From the NCBI GenBank assembly GCA_044070495.1, contig JBIPSI010000017.1, positions 1 to 64,000 on the forward strand: DNA of 64,000 nt. Direction: 5' to 3'. The translations under genes were made by a program, and so were the position numbers. The DNA is from Spirulina sp. (GTDB lineage: Bacteria > Cyanobacteriota > Cyanobacteriia > Phormidesmidales > Phormidesmidaceae). Positions 9,647 to 21,521 of this stretch are shown one piece after another. The first letter of the stretch is position 1, and each line of letters opens with the position of its first letter. A model generated the notes under the pieces. It was not told where the DNA came from, did no database searches, and saw only the letters and a program-made list of their open reading frames with translations.

Positions 9647-9682
9647 GGGGCAGAGGATCAATACCCCGTTACCGTAACGGGA

Positions 9683-10681
9683 TCAGGGTTGGTTTGATCC
9701 AACCTGAGCAACAACCCATTGCCAAACCTGATCAACCAAATCTGCGGCCCCTAGATCAAACCATTGCACCGTGGCCCGGTTGCGAAACCAGGTGCGCTGG
9801 CGCTTGGCAAACTGGCGGGTGTGGAGAATAATGTCGTTGATGGCCGTGTTTAGCCCTATATCGCCCCGCACGTAGGGCAGCATTTCGGCATAGCCCAGGG
9901 TTTGCAGCAGCGGTAGGTCAGCCCCGTACTTCTTGACCAAATGGATCACTTCCTCCTCAAAGCCCATTTCGATCATGGCGTGGGTGCGCTGGGCAATGCG
10001 GCGGTTCAGGGTATCGGTGTCTCCATCTAGCCCTAGGTAAAGGATGGGGTAGGTGGGCGGATCCTCCCCTTGCAGCACGGAGGGAGGGTGTCCAGTAACA
10101 TAGAAAATTTCCAAAGCGCGGACGGTGCGGACGGCATCGTTGGGATGAATGCGCTGGGCAGCGACGGCATCAACGGATTGCAGCAGGGCATAGGCGTGGG
10201 GCTGGCCCAGGTCGCTGATTTGCTGACGCAGGGCGGGCTGGGGGGCCACGGGGGGAATTTTCAGCCCTTTGACGACGGCATCAATATAGAGTCCGGTGCC
10301 GCCAACCAGGATGGGGATGGATTTTCCGGTTTGGTGAAATTGGCGAATTAAGGCTTGGGCCTGCCGCTGATACTCCGCCAGGGTCAGGGTTTCGGTGGGG
10401 TCGCAGAGATTGATCAAATAGTGGGGCACCCGATTTTGATCGGCCTGGGACGGTTTGGCGGTGCCAATGTCAAACTCTCGATATACTTGTCGAGAATCGG
10501 CACTAAGCACCACACCGTTGAGGCGTTCCGCCAAGGCCATCGCCAAGCCCGATTTACCCGTGGCCGTTGCGCCACCAATGACCAACAAAAATGGTACATT
10601 TGAATTAATCCAGTTTGCCTGAAAGGGGCTAGATTCTAGAATCGAAAATTTTGCGGGTTCCATCCCTAGATCAATCTTCAT
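9683..10681 (-). CDS. miaA: tRNA dimethylallyltransferase
   Basis: GATATGKS, ADSRQVY, DIGTAKP, VGGTGLY, FAKRQRTWF; true start probably downstream of the ORF-track start. Confidence 0.95.
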   Translation of the reverse strand: MKIDLGMEPAKFSILESSPFQANWINSNVPFLLVIGGATATGKSGLAMALAERLNGVVLSADSRQVYREFDIGTAKPSQADQNRVPHYLINLCDPTETLTLAEYQRQAQALIRQFHQTGKSIPILVGGTGLYIDAVVKGLKIPPVAPQPALRQQISDLGQPHAYALLQSVDAVAAQRIHPNDAVRTVRALEIFYVTGHPPSVLQGEDPPTYPILYLGLDGDTDTLNRRIAQRTHAMIEMGFEEEVIHLVKKYGADLPLLQTLGYAEMLPYVRGDIGLNTAINDIILHTRQFAKRQRTWFRNRATVQWFDLGAADLVDQVWQWVVAQVGSNQP

Positions 10682-10740
10682 CTCAGTCCGCTTTAGAAGC
10701 GTCTACGACAGGTTTGTGTTATAATTTCAGGACGTTTTAA

Positions 10741-12753
<2,013 letters not shown>

Positions 12754-12778
12754 GCGTGGTTTTAGGCGCAATTCAGGT

Positions 12779-13480
12779 ATGACGGCATTCAATACGCTTT
12801 TGGTGGCGGGCACCGATACCGAGGTGGGCAAAACCGTGGTCACCAGTGCTCTGTTGGCCTACTGGCGACGTTATTGTCCCCGGCAATCCGTCGGTATTCT
12901 CAAACCCCTGCAATCGGGACAAGGGGATCGAGAGCTGTACCAGCGGGTCTTTTTCCCAAACTTGCCCCTGGAGGCTATCGCCCCCCAATACTTTGAAGCC
13001 CCCCTGGCTCCACCCCTCGCCGCTGCCCTAGAGCAGCGCTCGATTGACCTAGGGGTGGTGTGGAAGACCCTACAAACCCTGGCCCAGAACCATGACTGGG
13101 TGTTGGTAGAGGGCTTGGGGGGGCTGGGTTCTCCGGTTACCGATGAGTTGACCGTGGCCGATCTAGCTGCTGCGTGGCACCTACCCGTGGTGTTGGTGGT
13201 GCCCGTTAAGCTGGGAGCCATGGCCCAGGCGGTAGCCAATGTAGCGCTGGCCCGTCAGGCAAAGCTCAATCTACGGGGCATTATTCTCAACTGTCCCCAA
13301 CCCATCGGCCCAGGGGATATTGAACGCTGGGCACCCGCCGAGATGATCACTCGCTTTACCCAGGTGCCTGTGCTGGGGGTCTGCCCTTACCTAGAACAGC
13401 CCGAATCCCTAGAGGCGCTGGCCCAGGCGGCCCAGGATCTTCAGCTTGATGCCCTGAACTTGCCCCTAGCCGTTCTGTGA
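12779..13480 (+). CDS. bioD: Dethiobiotin synthase
   Basis: GTDTEVGKT, KPLQSG, PLAP, VEGLGG. Confidence 0.93.
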   Translation: MTAFNTLLVAGTDTEVGKTVVTSALLAYWRRYCPRQSVGILKPLQSGQGDRELYQRVFFPNLPLEAIAPQYFEAPLAPPLAAALEQRSIDLGVVWKTLQTLAQNHDWVLVEGLGGLGSPVTDELTVADLAAAWHLPVVLVVPVKLGAMAQAVANVALARQAKLNLRGIILNCPQPIGPGDIERWAPAEMITRFTQVPVLGVCPYLEQPESLEALAQAAQDLQLDALNLPLAVL

Positions 13481-13684
13481 GCTGTCGTTCTGTACATCGT
13501 CAATGTTCCAGGGGCGCAGGGCCGTGAACGGGATATCCTCAGGATCATATCCAACCCGATCCCTTGGGAAACAGTCACGGCTACCCCGTTCGCATTCGTC
13601 GGCGATCAAAGTATCTGACCCTTGGGCAGGGACAACCTCTACGTAGACGATGGCGGGGGGAACGGGCGGAACGGCATAGAGCAT
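13466..13684 (-). CDS. Small hypothetical protein (72 aa)
   Basis: AAGGAG ribosome-binding site shortly upstream of the ATG; long AT-rich upstream region; overlaps the bioD 3' end. Confidence 0.5.
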   Translation of the reverse strand: MLYAVPPVPPAIVYVEVVPAQGSDTLIADECERGSRDCFPRDRVGYDPEDIPFTALRPWNIDDVQNDSSQNG

Positions 13685-14164
13685 AGCAAACTCCTTGAAT
13701 AAACCCTGATGGAAACCAAATAGACCAACCGCAGAGAGCCAACTTCATGGCTTGATAACCTAGTACATCGCTGAAACTAGGATCTCAGTGCAATTCTAGG
13801 ACTTATAACAGTCTGTTAAGTATTGTTTGCCGATACAAATTGCCTATGCTTTTGTAAATCCAAGGCATTTGTTAATTCTTTGTATATTCTATCCTCTTTT
13901 CGGGTCTCCAAAGGGGGTAAAGTTGCTCAACCCTGCATAAATACGGTTGCTAAAGTGACTTTTATAACCTTTGCTTTGCCCTGACTATGGTCTCCATTTC
14001 TGGGAGAGTTAGATGACCTGTTAGCCGGTCACGGCATGGGTGTGTGGCCTATCTTCCGAATTCTTGCGGAGCAACCCTTGGCAGCTAGGTCTAGTGGTCT
14101 GCCGAGGTCAACGTTTTAGCAATAGAGTTGCTTAGCAAGAGAGTCGTCTAGGGCCGTCCCTGGC

Positions 14165-15298
14165 TCAGTCGATATGGATCATCATTAACGACATATCATC
14201 GCTAGCGGTGGCGCTGGCCTGGCGGCGCATGACCGATTGCAAAATATAGTCCACACTTTTCTCGCGGCGGGCCACGGTGAGCAGATCGATAAAGGCATCC
14301 AAGCCCAGGTATTGGTCGTTGTTTTGTAGCACTTCGTAGAGGCCATCGCTAAACAGGTAAAGGCTGCTGTTAGGTGGAACCTGGCAGCGCTGCCACTTGT
14401 ATTTGGCCTCTGGCATCATGCCAATGGGCATGCCGGGGGTGCGTAGGCGTAGGGTACTCATGGTTTGGTCTTGGCCCACGGAAATGAGCACCGCCGGGGG
14501 GTGGCCAGCGCTGGAATAGAGCAATTGCCGATTGGCACAGTTCAACACGCCATACCAGATGGTGAAATATTTTTGGTTTTGATCCCCCATGGGGAAGGTT
14601 TCGTTGAGGGCGCGGAGCACCTTCTCAGGCCGATAAAAGCTAACATCCGGCAGAGACTGAGCCCGCAGCACATTGAGCACCGAGGTGGAGAGCAGGGCAG
14701 ACCCCAACCCATGGCCAGACACATCTAGCAGGTATATCACCAGGTAGTCGGGGTCGAGCCAGTAGTAGTCGTAGCAGTCGCCACCGAGCTGCTGGGAGGG
14801 GAAAAAACGAGACTGAATGGGAATTTTCCCGGATTGGTCAGGGGGCAGTAAAGAACGAACATAGCTCTCGGCCTCCGCTAGCTCGGCTTCCATTCTCTGG
14901 GTTTGCTGGCGTAAATCTTGGGTGAGCTGGTAGAGGCGCAGCCCTGCCCTAACGCGGGCATTGAGTTCGTTAATGTCAACGGGTTTTGACAGTAGATCGT
15001 CGGCCCCCATTTCCAGCCCCGTTACCCGGTCGGCGCTGCTGAATCGGGAGGTGAGCAGTAGCAGGGAGGCAATGTAAAGGGTGGGGTGGCGCTTGAGGCT
15101 GTAGCAAAAGGTGAGACCGTCGATTTCCCCTGGAATGTTCCAGTCGCAGATGATGACCCCAGGCATGAGTTTTTCGGCTAGGGCCAAGCCTTCCTTGCCG
15201 TTGCGGGCCGTTGTGACCTTATACCCCTGAGCCACTAAGGCATTCACCAAAAACTGCTCAGTGTCAGCGTCATGCTCGATAATCAAAATATCGGTCAT
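14165..15298 (-). CDS. Response regulator-PP2C (RsbU/SpoIIE-type) phosphatase
   Basis: Receiver domain (ICDW, GADD.L.KP) plus GGDCY, DVSGHG, SAGHPP, FSDGL, DDMS. Confidence 0.92.
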   Translation of the reverse strand: MTDILIIEHDADTEQFLVNALVAQGYKVTTARNGKEGLALAEKLMPGVIICDWNIPGEIDGLTFCYSLKRHPTLYIASLLLLTSRFSSADRVTGLEMGADDLLSKPVDINELNARVRAGLRLYQLTQDLRQQTQRMEAELAEAESYVRSLLPPDQSGKIPIQSRFFPSQQLGGDCYDYYWLDPDYLVIYLLDVSGHGLGSALLSTSVLNVLRAQSLPDVSFYRPEKVLRALNETFPMGDQNQKYFTIWYGVLNCANRQLLYSSAGHPPAVLISVGQDQTMSTLRLRTPGMPIGMMPEAKYKWQRCQVPPNSSLYLFSDGLYEVLQNNDQYLGLDAFIDLLTVARREKSVDYILQSVMRRQASATASDDMSLMMIHID

Positions 15299-15638
15299 AG
15301 GATCTCTAGGGCGATACCCCTGGGGCAGGGGGAGGCAGCAAGCAGGGGGCGAGGGTAGGATAGGTTCTACCTTTAGATTTACCGTAACCCTAAACTAGCT
15401 CAGTATGGTTTTCGATTCAGTTTGATTCAGGTCGGTTTCGTGTCGGTCGGTTCATCTAGACGGGTAGGCCAGGATACATGGGTGCTCCCCAGGGCGTTGG
15501 TCGGCGGGTAAAGTCTTTGCAACGGTATGCCTAGCTACCGTGAAGACCAGGGTCGTCTGATACGCCTAGTGCAGGGATCGCTACCATCAGCCATCACCGC
15601 CGACCATCATTCCTTGCCCCCTCTATGGTGCCGCTACG

Positions 15639-16100
15639 ATGACCCCCTCCACCTGTACCTTGCCCACCAGTTGTGTGGTACCCATCCACAAAGCCCCCCA
15701 GGATTACCAAGCCTTCCGCATCAGCCCCCAGGACACCAACCGCCTCGCCCTGGTGTTTGACCCGGTGATTGCCGATATGTCCCTCACCTACTGCGTCGAG
15801 ATCTTTGACGTGGGCGGCAAAACACCCCCCAACCGCCATCAAATTGCCGTGGAAATGTTCTTTGTGCTGAAGGGCCAAGGGCTTGCCACCTGCGACGGCA
15901 AAACCGTCCCCATCCAGGCCGGAGACAGCATTTTGGTGCCCCCCAACGGCATCCACGTGATTGAAAATACTGGCCCCACCCGGCTCTATGCCCTATGTAT
16001 CATGGTGCCCAATGAGGACTTTGCGGAGCTGATCCGCAGCGGCACCCCGGTGGAATTGGACGAGGAAGATATTGCCGTCCTCCGCCGCCACGATACCTAA
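15639..16100 (+). CDS. Cupin-domain protein
   Basis: H..AVEMFFVLKGQG ... GDSILVPPNGIH cupin motifs. Confidence 0.85.
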   Translation: MTPSTCTLPTSCVVPIHKAPQDYQAFRISPQDTNRLALVFDPVIADMSLTYCVEIFDVGGKTPPNRHQIAVEMFFVLKGQGLATCDGKTVPIQAGDSILVPPNGIHVIENTGPTRLYALCIMVPNEDFAELIRSGTPVELDEEDIAVLRRHDT

Positions 16101-16149
16101 GGTGGAGGTTCATCACGCCCGCCTAGGATGACGGGGGAAGGTTACCGAG

Positions 16150-16186
16150 TGCAACGGTTACAGTCTGCAACGGTTACAGTCTGCAA
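16150..16186. repeat. 16-bp tandem duplication
   Basis: TGCAACGGTTACAGTC x2 plus TGCAA, upstream of the EF-G paralog. Confidence 0.85.
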
Positions 16187-16354
16187 AGAACCACCATAAA
16201 ACTTCAACAGATAAATTTTCTAGAACGAAATTAGGCAGGCTTAGAGGGTCGCGTTACTCTGAAGAAGGACAGAACGGAGTCGCTTCAAACAACGTCTGTC
16301 TGCCCCCTTGGGGTTTACTCGATAGGCCACTTTAAAGATGGCAAGGAGTGGGTT

Positions 16355-18385
16355 ATGACTCAAAATGTCCTTTCTTCAGGTTTGCGTAATGTTGGCATTG
16401 TTGGTGCCTATTCCAGCGGTAAAACAACCCTATTAGAAAGTATCCTTTCGGTGACGGGGGCCATTACCCGCAAGGGCAGTGTCGAGGAGGGCAACACCCT
16501 GGGAGACAACACTCCTGAAGCCCGCAATCGCAAAATGACGGTGGAATTAAATGCCGCTAGTACTGAGTACGGCGGCATTCGTTTTACGTTTTTAGACTGT
16601 CCGGGTTCTGTGGAACTTCAGCAGGAAACCTGGAATGCTTTGGTGGGGGTGGATGCAGCCATTGTGGTTTGTGAGGCTGATCCGAATAAAGTATTGACTC
16701 TGTCGCCGCTACTGCAATTTTTAGATACCTGGGAAATTCCCCACCTGATTTGGATTAACAAATTGGATCGGGCCAATGGCACCTTTGCCGATGTGTTGAC
16801 TTCCCTGCGGCAAATTTCCGCCCGTCCGGTCATTCCCCAGCAATATCCCATTCGCCAAAATCAAGACTTGGTGGGTTTTATTGACCTGGTAACGGAGCAA
16901 GCCTATCACTATCATCCCGGTGCCCCGGCGGATCCGGTGCCTCTGCCAGCCTCGCTTCAGGCGGAGGAGCAAGCCGCCCGCACGGAAATGCTGGAGACCT
17001 TGGCCGACTATGACGATCACCTGCTGGAAGAACTACTAGAGGAAATTGCCCCGCCAGAGGAAGAAATCGTTAAAGACCTGAAGATGGAACTGGGGGCGGA
17101 TTTGATCGTGCCCGTATTCATCGGTGTGGCATCGAGCGACTACGGCGTGCGGCCTTTGCTAGATGCCCTGGTGAAGGAAGCCCCGGAACCGGAAACCACC
17201 TGCGAAAATCGCGGCGTTAAGGCGGGGGATGCGCCCCTGGCCCAAGTTCTCAAAACCTACTACACGCCCCAGGGCGGCAAGCTTTCCCTAGTGCGGCTGT
17301 GGCGGGGCGAGTTGCGCGATGGCGACGGCCTCAACGGCGAACGTATGGGTGGCCTCTATGACCTGATGGGGAGCCAGCAAAACAGCCTCTCCCAGGCGGT
17401 GGCAGGCCAAATTGTGGCCATCGCTCGGCTAGAGAATGCCAAGACCGGGGACACCCTCACCACCAACGGCAACAGCGCTGAACCCCTGCCCAAAGCGCCC
17501 GCCATCGATCCGGTCTATGCCCTCGCGGTGACGCCGGAAAAACGCAGCGACGAGGTGAAACTCAGTGCCGCCATCGGCAAACTCCTCGAAGAAGACCCCT
17601 CCCTGGCCTGGGAACAGCACGGCGACACCCACGAAGTTATCCTCTGGGGCCAAGGGGATGTACACCTGAATTTGGCCATTGATCGCCTAGGCCGCAAATA
17701 CAACCTGCCCATGACCACCCACCTGCCTCAAGTTCCCTACAAGGAAACCATTCGGCAGGCGGTGGAAACCGTCCATGGGCGCTATAAGCACCAAAGCGGC
17801 GGCCACGGGCAGTTTGGCGATGTCTATCTATCCATCAAACCACTGCCCAGGGGCGAGGGCTTCACCTTCAACGACACCATCGTGGGCGGTGTGGTACCCA
17901 AGCAGTACATCCCCAGCGTAGAAAATGGCGTGCGGGAATTTCTCAACCGTGGCCCCCTGGGCTATCCGGTGGTGGATGTGGCGGTCACCCTTACCAATGG
18001 CTCTTACCACACGGTAGATAGCTCCGATAACGCCTTTCGCCAAGCCGCCCGCCTCGCCATGACTGAAGGCCTGCCCATCGGTGGCCCCACCCTGCTCGAA
18101 CCCATCGCCCAGGTGGAAATTTCCGTCCCCAGTCTCTACACCTCCAACGTGCTGAAGCTGGTCAGCGGTCGGCGCGGCCAAATCCTCGGCTATGAGGGCA
18201 AGGCAGACTGGCCCGGTTGGGATGTCGTAACGGGCTATGTGCCCCAGGCGGAAATGCAGACCATGATTTTGGAACTGCGCTCCCTCACCATGGGCGTCGG
18301 CTTCTTTAAGTGGGCCTACGACCACCTCGACCCCGTGCCCGAAAAACTCACCGAGAAAATTCTGGCCACGGCGGACGCCAGCTAA
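16355..18385 (+). CDS. fusA: Elongation factor G paralog (EF-G2-like)
   Basis: RNVGIVG..SGKTT, DCPG, NKLD, EEDPS, YKETI, HQSGGHGQFG, VDSS, LLEPI; not in an rpsL-rpsG-tuf context. Confidence 0.9.
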   Translation: MTQNVLSSGLRNVGIVGAYSSGKTTLLESILSVTGAITRKGSVEEGNTLGDNTPEARNRKMTVELNAASTEYGGIRFTFLDCPGSVELQQETWNALVGVDAAIVVCEADPNKVLTLSPLLQFLDTWEIPHLIWINKLDRANGTFADVLTSLRQISARPVIPQQYPIRQNQDLVGFIDLVTEQAYHYHPGAPADPVPLPASLQAEEQAARTEMLETLADYDDHLLEELLEEIAPPEEEIVKDLKMELGADLIVPVFIGVASSDYGVRPLLDALVKEAPEPETTCENRGVKAGDAPLAQVLKTYYTPQGGKLSLVRLWRGELRDGDGLNGERMGGLYDLMGSQQNSLSQAVAGQIVAIARLENAKTGDTLTTNGNSAEPLPKAPAIDPVYALAVTPEKRSDEVKLSAAIGKLLEEDPSLAWEQHGDTHEVILWGQGDVHLNLAIDRLGRKYNLPMTTHLPQVPYKETIRQAVETVHGRYKHQSGGHGQFGDVYLSIKPLPRGEGFTFNDTIVGGVVPKQYIPSVENGVREFLNRGPLGYPVVDVAVTLTNGSYHTVDSSDNAFRQAARLAMTEGLPIGGPTLLEPIAQVEISVPSLYTSNVLKLVSGRRGQILGYEGKADWPGWDVVTGYVPQAEMQTMILELRSLTMGVGFFKWAYDHLDPVPEKLTEKILATADAS

Positions 18386-18406
18386 CGTCTGTCCGTCCTA
18401 TCCGGA

Positions 18407-18437
18407 GGGGCTGAGAAGCCACGGTATCCTCAGCCCC
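18407..18437 (+). terminator. Hairpin downstream of the EF-G paralog
   Basis: GGGGCTGAG-N13-CTCAGCCCC; no clear U-tract. Confidence 0.4.
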
Positions 18438-18515
18438 AACCCTAACCCCTCTCCCGCCATGGGCTACTCAGTACACACAAGTCAGGTTCCTAGCCAACGA
18501 CGACCTTGACTTGAT

Positions 18516-18602
18516 ATGGGTGGTTTTGAAGCGATGGCCCAAGCCGCTTTGGCCGCAGATGAGGCAGGCGAAACCGAGGACGGGGGTTTTGGCGAAGCGT
18601 AA
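18516..18602 (+). pseudogene. 3' remnant of a putative antitoxin
   Basis: ..FEAMAQAALAADEAGETEDGGFGEA*; its TAA overlaps the toxin ATG (TAATG); 5' part missing. Confidence 0.55.
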
Positions 18603-18880
18603 TGAAATCTTCCAGAACCCAAGACTTTCGTAAGCTCTTTGCCAAACTGCCCAACCGAGTCTAGGCAACCGCTACAAAAAACTATCAACTCTGGCAAAAA
18701 GATTCTTCCCATCCTAGCCTGGAGTTTAAGAAAATTAGCGCCAAACTCAACATTTGGTCAGTCAGCGTGGACATTGGTTAGCGCACTTTGGAAACCATAA
18801 AAATGCAAGAAGACAAAATCATTTGATTTTGAATTGGCTCCCATGCAGAATGCAATCGTATTCTCAACAAAAAATCGTGA
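18602..18880 (+). pseudogene. RelE/ParE-like toxin pseudogene
   Basis: MKSSRTQDFRKLFAKLPNRV*ATATKNYQLWQKDSSHPSLEFKK..IWSVSVDIG*R..II*F*IGSHAECNRIL; four in-frame stops; HPSL and (W)IGSH motifs. Confidence 0.8.
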
Positions 18881-18952
18881 TAGCCGCCGAATGCGCTATG
18901 GATTAAGTTAGAACACTATCGGGAAATCTTGCACAAGCTTTGCTAGGCAATT

Positions 18953-19957
18953 CTATGCGTCAGACAACCTATGGGTGGCGCGAAATTCTCTGGGCGAAAC
19001 GCCTGCCCAACGCTTGAACGCACGGGTGAAGTTTGCGGTATCGGCATAGCCTAGTTCAGCGGCAATATCGGTAATGGAGACACTCTCGCCCTTTAGCCAT
19101 TGAGCGGCTAAATTAAATCGAACTTCATCGACTAAATGGCCATAGCTGATGCCGTGGCTAGCCAATCGACGCTGAAAACTTCGCACACTCATCCCCGATG
19201 CCTCGGCGGCTTGGGCAATGGTAGGGCAACCCTGGGGCAACAGGGCTTCGATCAGTTGCTTGAGGGATGGGATGAAATCGAGGGCGGGGGCCGATTGATG
19301 CAGGGCTTCAAACTGTCCGAGGGTGGGGGACAACGGGTTCAGGGGCTGACTGACATATTCCCTCGGAATTTTGATGGCGTTGCAGGGCTGGTTAAAGGAA
19401 ATCCGCGCCGCTTCCAGCCCTTTGAGATCGCATAGAGCAGGATTGTGCGGCGTTACAAGATGTACTTCGGGTGGCTGCCACGTTGGCCCTAACACCATTC
19501 TCAGGACGTTTAAGTGAGTCATCAGGCTAAAGCATTGAGCCTGGGAATAGGCTTGGCGATCTAGGGCGTATAGGTGACTTTGCAACCAAAGGGCATCGGT
19601 ACTCCACCGCAGGCTAACGCGCTCGCCAGAATTGAGTAAGTTGATCGTTTTTTCTAGGGTTGTGAGTAGATCATAAAGGGTTAGGGAGCAGCGAATCATA
19701 GCCCCAAACTGACCAAGATGGGTCACATTGGTTACCTGCCCTACCAAGGCACCAAAGTTATCAATTCCTTCCGCCTGCGCTACCTGTTCAACAAAACTTG
19801 CACTTTGCACCATGGGTATCAACCGCTCTGGATGGGTGAGCAGAACAGGTGACAGATTAGCTTGGTCTAGCCATCGTTCAGTGGGGGCACCAATTTGGTC
19901 TGAAAAGTCAGTAAAGCGGAGCAAAATAGCAGTTCTAATCAGGGGAATTGAATCCAT
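18953..19957 (-). CDS. AraC-family transcriptional regulator with N-terminal ligand-binding domain
   Basis: C-terminal double HTH: MSVRSFQRRL...SITDIAAELGYADTANFTRAFKRWAGVSP. Confidence 0.93.
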   Translation of the reverse strand: MDSIPLIRTAILLRFTDFSDQIGAPTERWLDQANLSPVLLTHPERLIPMVQSASFVEQVAQAEGIDNFGALVGQVTNVTHLGQFGAMIRCSLTLYDLLTTLEKTINLLNSGERVSLRWSTDALWLQSHLYALDRQAYSQAQCFSLMTHLNVLRMVLGPTWQPPEVHLVTPHNPALCDLKGLEAARISFNQPCNAIKIPREYVSQPLNPLSPTLGQFEALHQSAPALDFIPSLKQLIEALLPQGCPTIAQAAEASGMSVRSFQRRLASHGISYGHLVDEVRFNLAAQWLKGESVSITDIAAELGYADTANFTRAFKRWAGVSPREFRATHRLSDA

Positions 19958-20340
19958 GGCGGAATATCACTCCATAGCTTTGCAGCAATGCTTTGAATCA
20001 GTCAACGCAAGGTGGGTGAGCAGCAACGCCCTACTGGCAGACATACCCTGGTCGAGAGTAATCCGTTGTACGGAGTGACATAGATGGTGGGTTGGTATGG
20101 GCCAATTCTTAAGCTTCTCTTTATGGATATTGGCGCAAAATGACAAGTCGGGCAAGGGGGTAGGATGATATTTCTAGGGTGGTAAAAATCTAGAATGGTT
20201 TGCTGGGTATTTTATGCCTTAATAGGCAAGGATCTCTGGTTTTTAAAACCCTGAGAAGCCCTGAAAATGTCATTAAAATATATCTTTCTTCACATTGATC
20301 GTGAAGCCTGTTCAAGCCCTTTTCAGTAGGTGGTTGGCCC

Positions 20341-21240
20341 GTGGATGGTGCTTTTAATATCAAAGAGTTGTTGAGTAGCTTTGCTCAGCTAGCGGTGTTT
20401 GCCACGCTGTTGTCCATGGGCTTGGTGCTTGGGTTTGGCGGCATGGCACGGCTCTGGCGACAGCCCAGCTTGCTGGTGCGCTCGGTGATTGCGGCCTTTG
20501 GGGTGGTGCCCGTAGCGGCCATGGTTTTGGTCTTGGTGCTGCCTCTGTCCTTTGAGGTGCGGGCGGGCATTGGGGCGATGGCGATCATTCCTGGTGCGCC
20601 GTTCACCTACCGCAAGATGCTGAAGGGGGCGGGCGACCCAGAGTTGGCGGGCAGTTTTCAAGCCACGATGGCGCTGTTGGCTATTGTGCTGGTGCCCCTG
20701 TGGCTAGGCATTTTGGCGGCGCTGTATCCCAATGATGCGTCCGCTTCGGTGGCCACGGTGGGGCGGCAGATCCTGATGGTGCAGGGGATTCCGCTACTCT
20801 GCGGGGCGGCAGTGCGGCAGTGGTTGCCCGACTTGGCCGAGGAATTTGCCGAACCCCTGAACCGGATTAGTTCGGCCATGCTGGTGGGCGTGGTGGTTCT
20901 GGTGCTGGCGGTTGGCCTATCCCTGGTGCTGAAGGCGGGGCCACTGCCCATTTTGGCGGGGGTGTTGATGGCGGCGGTGGCTCTAGTGGCGGGGCACTAT
21001 CTGGGTGGGCCAGATCCATTCACCCGACAAACCATTGCCCAGGCCACGGCCAGCCGCAATGCCGGTTTGGCGATTGCCCTGATTACCCTGAATTTCCCCA
21101 ATGCGGCCCACGAAATTTTAGTCACCATTGCCGCCTATGCGGTGATGACGGCCATTGCCAGCAAAATCTACGTGCGTCTTTACCAAAAACAGTTGGCCAA
21201 AGCGGCCCCACCCTCTGGGATGACGCCGGAACTGGAGTAG
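20341..21240 (+). CDS. Bile acid:Na+ symporter (BASS) family transporter
   Basis: About 9-10 TM segments; SMGL, PGAP and RNAGLA motifs. Confidence 0.85.
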   Translation: MDGAFNIKELLSSFAQLAVFATLLSMGLVLGFGGMARLWRQPSLLVRSVIAAFGVVPVAAMVLVLVLPLSFEVRAGIGAMAIIPGAPFTYRKMLKGAGDPELAGSFQATMALLAIVLVPLWLGILAALYPNDASASVATVGRQILMVQGIPLLCGAAVRQWLPDLAEEFAEPLNRISSAMLVGVVVLVLAVGLSLVLKAGPLPILAGVLMAAVALVAGHYLGGPDPFTRQTIAQATASRNAGLAIALITLNFPNAAHEILVTIAAYAVMTAIASKIYVRLYQKQLAKAAPPSGMTPELE

Positions 21241-21257
21241 TGGGGTTTCCTTGGGTT

Positions 21258-21410
21258 GATCCCCCCTAGCCCCCCTTGAAAAGGGGGGGATCGGGTTCAA
21301 AGCCCCTCTTAAAAAGGGGGGGATCGGGTTCAAAGTCCCCATTTTTAAGGGGGATTTAGGGGGATCTCAAAGGACTTAGGGCATAAAACAAGATGTGTAT
21401 AAACAGTAGC
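21258..21410. repeat. REP hairpin array (tandem ~32-bp units) ending in an IS50-like terminal sequence
   Basis: CCCCCTT..AAGGGGG hairpins x3, then GGGGATCTC..GGCATAAAACAAGATGTGTATAAACAGTAG; inverted relative at 51366-51485. Confidence 0.75.
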
Positions 21411-21521
21411 TTATTGAGAGGAGTAATCAGGTGAATTGACTACCGATAGAAGCTGGGGGAATCTGAAACCCCAAAATTTTTACCTCACTCAACCAAGAAA
21501 CGCCATAGGCTAAGCGAACGT

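Noticed and set aside
21258..21367. Hairpin arrays as a CRISPR array
   Set aside because: There are no unique spacers, only 2-3 units and no cas genes; the units match a dispersed REP-like family.
21391..21402. AGATGTGTATAA as Tn5/Nextera adapter contamination
   Set aside because: It continues ACAGTAG rather than GAGACAG and recurs, with a shared flank, in the inverted element at 51366-51485, so it is a native IS50-like end.
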